Program-made: the position numbers and the translations under genes
In this document: in pieces, positions 35,569-37,919 of the stretch
Layout: each line of letters starts with the position of its first letter
Position numbering within the stretch: position 1 is the stretch's first letter
DNA from: Gemmatimonadales bacterium
GTDB taxonomy: Bacteria > Gemmatimonadota > Gemmatimonadetes > Gemmatimonadales > GWC2-71-9
Length of the DNA: 37,919 nt
NCBI GenBank assembly: GCA_041577295.1
Contig: JBFGJG010000044.1
Coordinates: 1-37,919, forward strand
Direction of reading: 5' to 3'
Notes under the pieces: generated by a model
What the model was told of the DNA's origin: nothing
What the model saw: only the letters and a program-made list of their open reading frames with translations
Database searches by the model: none

Positions 35569-36548
35569 GGATCGTAAACCTCGACCGTCCTCACCCCGGC
35601 TCCCCCACCTGCCACACGGCCACCACCGATCGCATACAACCGTCCCCCGAAGCTCGCAGCCCCGAGCCCGTGTCTGGGGGTCGGCATGGGCTCGAGGGTC
35701 TCCCAGAAATTCGAACCCGGGTCGAAGGCGAAGTGGGAATCAAACGCCTGCGTGGCGCTCTCTCCACCCAACACGTGTATCCTGCCGTCGAGCAGGCCTG
35801 AGCTGAGACCCCCGCGGGCGGTAGGCATTGGAACGGCCGGCGACCATTCATCGGAAACCGGATCGTAGACCTCCACGACATTGAAGTTGGCGTTGGCGTT
35901 TCGCGGTCGGCCACCGATGGCGTAGACGAGACCGTCTACCGCTTGCGCCGTGAGGTGGTCACGAGGGGTGGGGAGTGAAGCGCCCGTTCGCCACTGATTG
36001 GTAGCCGGGTCATAAATGGCAATCTGCCCGAGAAGCGTCCGAGTGTCATCGAACCCCCCCACCACCACGAGCAGACCACCCACCGCGACGGCTGCGGACG
36101 CGCCACGTGGCTCCGGCATGGAAGCGCGTGATTCCCACCTGTTTTCGTCGGGGAGGTAAACCCAGAGGGAGTTCACCGCATTGAATTGAGATCCCGCGAG
36201 CCCGCCGACGGCGTACAGCGAGTCCGCGACGGTCACGAGCGGCATATGGTGCCGCGGCTCGGGCAGGTCGGCAACCGATGACTCCCACCGATCGCCTTGC
36301 GGATCGTAACGCACGACGGTGCGAATCTCCTGCGGCGCCCCATCGAATCCGCCGCCGACGTAAATCCATCCGTCGAATACCGCAGCGTGGATCTCTTGCT
36401 GGACGCCGGGGAGCGCAGCGACCGTGCTCCAGTCAACCGGTCCCGGCCCCGGGGGCCCTGGCGCGTCCACCGGTCCCGTGGGACCCGTGGCGCAACCCAC
36501 AGCGGTCGCGAGAAACCCGGCGCCGAATGCCAGTCGATTGAACCGCAT
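35565..36548 (-). CDS. Kelch-repeat lipoprotein
   Basis: Lipobox AVGC. Six kelch repeats (IYVGGG, LYAVGG, LVVVGG, VYAIGG, IHVLGG, LYAIGG), each with Y/FDP-like and W...M/LP.PR elements. Confidence 0.92.
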   Translation of the reverse strand: MRFNRLAFGAGFLATAVGCATGPTGPVDAPGPPGPGPVDWSTVAALPGVQQEIHAAVFDGWIYVGGGFDGAPQEIRTVVRYDPQGDRWESSVADLPEPRHHMPLVTVADSLYAVGGLAGSQFNAVNSLWVYLPDENRWESRASMPEPRGASAAVAVGGLLVVVGGFDDTRTLLGQIAIYDPATNQWRTGASLPTPRDHLTAQAVDGLVYAIGGRPRNANANFNVVEVYDPVSDEWSPAVPMPTARGGLSSGLLDGRIHVLGGESATQAFDSHFAFDPGSNFWETLEPMPTPRHGLGAASFGGRLYAIGGGRVAGGGAGVRTVEVYDP

Positions 36549-36595
36549 TTTGATTGGTAACCTGCGACACCGCACCGGCGTTCCAGCCTCGGTCG

Positions 36596-37918
36596 TCACA
36601 CCTTCATGGTTTTCGCGTACTCTGTCCCGACGCGACCGCGGTGACAGACTTCGGTCCGCATGAAGGCTGCGGAGTGTTTGGACTGAACCGTGAGCGCATC
36701 GTTTAGCGTCTTCCCGCACGACTCGCGAATACAGGCAAGAATGGCGCGCCTCGCATCTTCCGTCTGCGGTGAGCCGGCGGGCGGGAGCGCGCCCACGTCG
36801 TTGGGAAAGTCATCGAGCGGGCCTTCGACCAGTTCGCGACGTTTTCGGGCGCCACCGTTCGACACCGTTCTCCACGCGGCCTCGAGCGCCTGCTCCAGCG
36901 GCTCCGCTGCGTCGACGAGCCAACCGGTGGTCTCCCGTGCGCCAACGGGCCTCCCAGAGAGCAAGAGCTGAAGGAGCTTTGGCCAATCTTCCGCTCGTGC
37001 TTTACGGAACGGCCAATGACAGCCTTCCATACCCGGGATCACCGGCAAGGTCACCTCTGGGAAGCCGAGCGACGCGTCGTCCACGGCGACGACCGTGTGA
37101 CAATGAAGGAGGAGCTCGAGCATTCCGCCGAGGCAGCGCTTGCCGCCGATGAACCCCACGGAGACCGCAAAATCTGTATGCAGACGCCGTGCGGTTCTCG
37201 ACCAGACGTTGGAAACGCGGAAGCCGGCGTCTTCGTCCTCGAGGGCTGGATAGAACTCGCTGGTGTCGGCGCCGACCAACTGCGATGCGAGATGGAAGTC
37301 GTGCGACACAATGACGCGGTCGACACCGGCTCCTGCGAGCCAGTCGATCGCACGATTGAGCTCGAGGTCGACGTCGCTGTTGTACGCCTCGCGGCCGATA
37401 GAAATCACACCCACCTCACCATCGTGCTCCGCGTTGACGTAGAGCTGTTGCCACTCCGAGGACTCCATCTGCTCGAGTGCCTTTGGATGCCAGGCCTTCT
37501 TCGCCGCTGACGGGAACAACCGGTGGTAGGCCTCAACGGTCTGTTGGACGCGCTCCGGCCCGTGCCTCCGCATCACGGCAAGTGTTCCGCGGCGCAACTG
37601 CGCACAGAGCTCGCCGATGATGTTTAGTTGGGCGAGGTGGCTCCGTTGCTCGTGTACCATCAGCGCCGTCATCTGGAACAGCGGTCCGAGAATCCAAGTG
37701 TCGAATTCCTGTCCGGCTTCACCATCGAGCGCCCAGTCAACGAGCGGACGGAAATGGTTCGGTGGGTACCAGTTTTGACCCGTGTCCTTGTGTTCGATCA
37801 GCTCAGCGGCTGGCGTGAACAATCCGCCGTAGTGCTCGGCCAGATGATGCAGGCAGGACCAAGTGAGAAAGTTCGCGCCTTTGGCCCCGATGGCGTCGTG
37901 TGCGCGCAGCGGATTGGG
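36596..37918 (-). CDS. 5'-partial multidomain protein with C-terminal enoyl-CoA hydratase/isomerase (crotonase) domain
   Basis: Frame is open to the window edge (PNPLRAHDAIGAKGANFLTWSCLHHLAEHYGGLFTP...). Crotonase motifs VGAD, CLGGMLELLLHC, LGFPEVTLPVIPG, GWLVD. Confidence 0.8.
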   Translation of the reverse strand, partial: PNPLRAHDAIGAKGANFLTWSCLHHLAEHYGGLFTPAAELIEHKDTGQNWYPPNHFRPLVDWALDGEAGQEFDTWILGPLFQMTALMVHEQRSHLAQLNIIGELCAQLRRGTLAVMRRHGPERVQQTVEAYHRLFPSAAKKAWHPKALEQMESSEWQQLYVNAEHDGEVGVISIGREAYNSDVDLELNRAIDWLAGAGVDRVIVSHDFHLASQLVGADTSEFYPALEDEDAGFRVSNVWSRTARRLHTDFAVSVGFIGGKRCLGGMLELLLHCHTVVAVDDASLGFPEVTLPVIPGMEGCHWPFRKARAEDWPKLLQLLLSGRPVGARETTGWLVDAAEPLEQALEAAWRTVSNGGARKRRELVEGPLDDFPNDVGALPPAGSPQTEDARRAILACIRESCGKTLNDALTVQSKHSAAFMRTEVCHRGRVGTEYAKTMKV

Positions 37919-37919
37919 G

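Overview
High-GC bacterial chromosomal segment, almost fully coding, with about 37 genes. The Ser/Thr kinase-TolB-like-TPR architecture, many exported peptidases and general gene style suggest Gemmatimonadota or a similar lineage (inference only). I found no rRNA, tRNA, CRISPR array, transposase or integrase. 1-17.2 kb: 3' end of a molybdo-flavoenzyme FAD subunit, a frameshifted SAM methyltransferase, SIMPL, TfoX, a GntR(YtrA)-SPFH operon, a PD40 lipoprotein, M24 and M14 peptidases, two more methyltransferases, a GNAT, a TPR protein, tandem TauE paralogs, a cupin remnant and a small [DE]RR-repeat/Zn-ribbon protein. 18.6-25.6 kb is the most notable part: a tightly packed minus-strand seven-gene operon (fimT-pilV-pilW-pilX-like minor pilins, a fifth GspG-like prepilin, a HAMP-PAS hybrid histidine kinase and a small membrane-anchored protein). 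It has no pilY1. Upstream are a candidate sigma54 -24/-12 promoter, a perfect 11-bp inverted repeat at enhancer distance and further repeats. 25.7-37.9 kb: FKBP PPIase, MBL-fold hydrolase, isochorismatase, nitronate monooxygenase/FabK-like enzyme, M20 peptidase, PP2C + Ser/Thr kinase, rhodanese sulfurtransferase, kelch lipoprotein and a partial crotonase-domain protein. All family calls come from motif recognition by eye, not from database searches.
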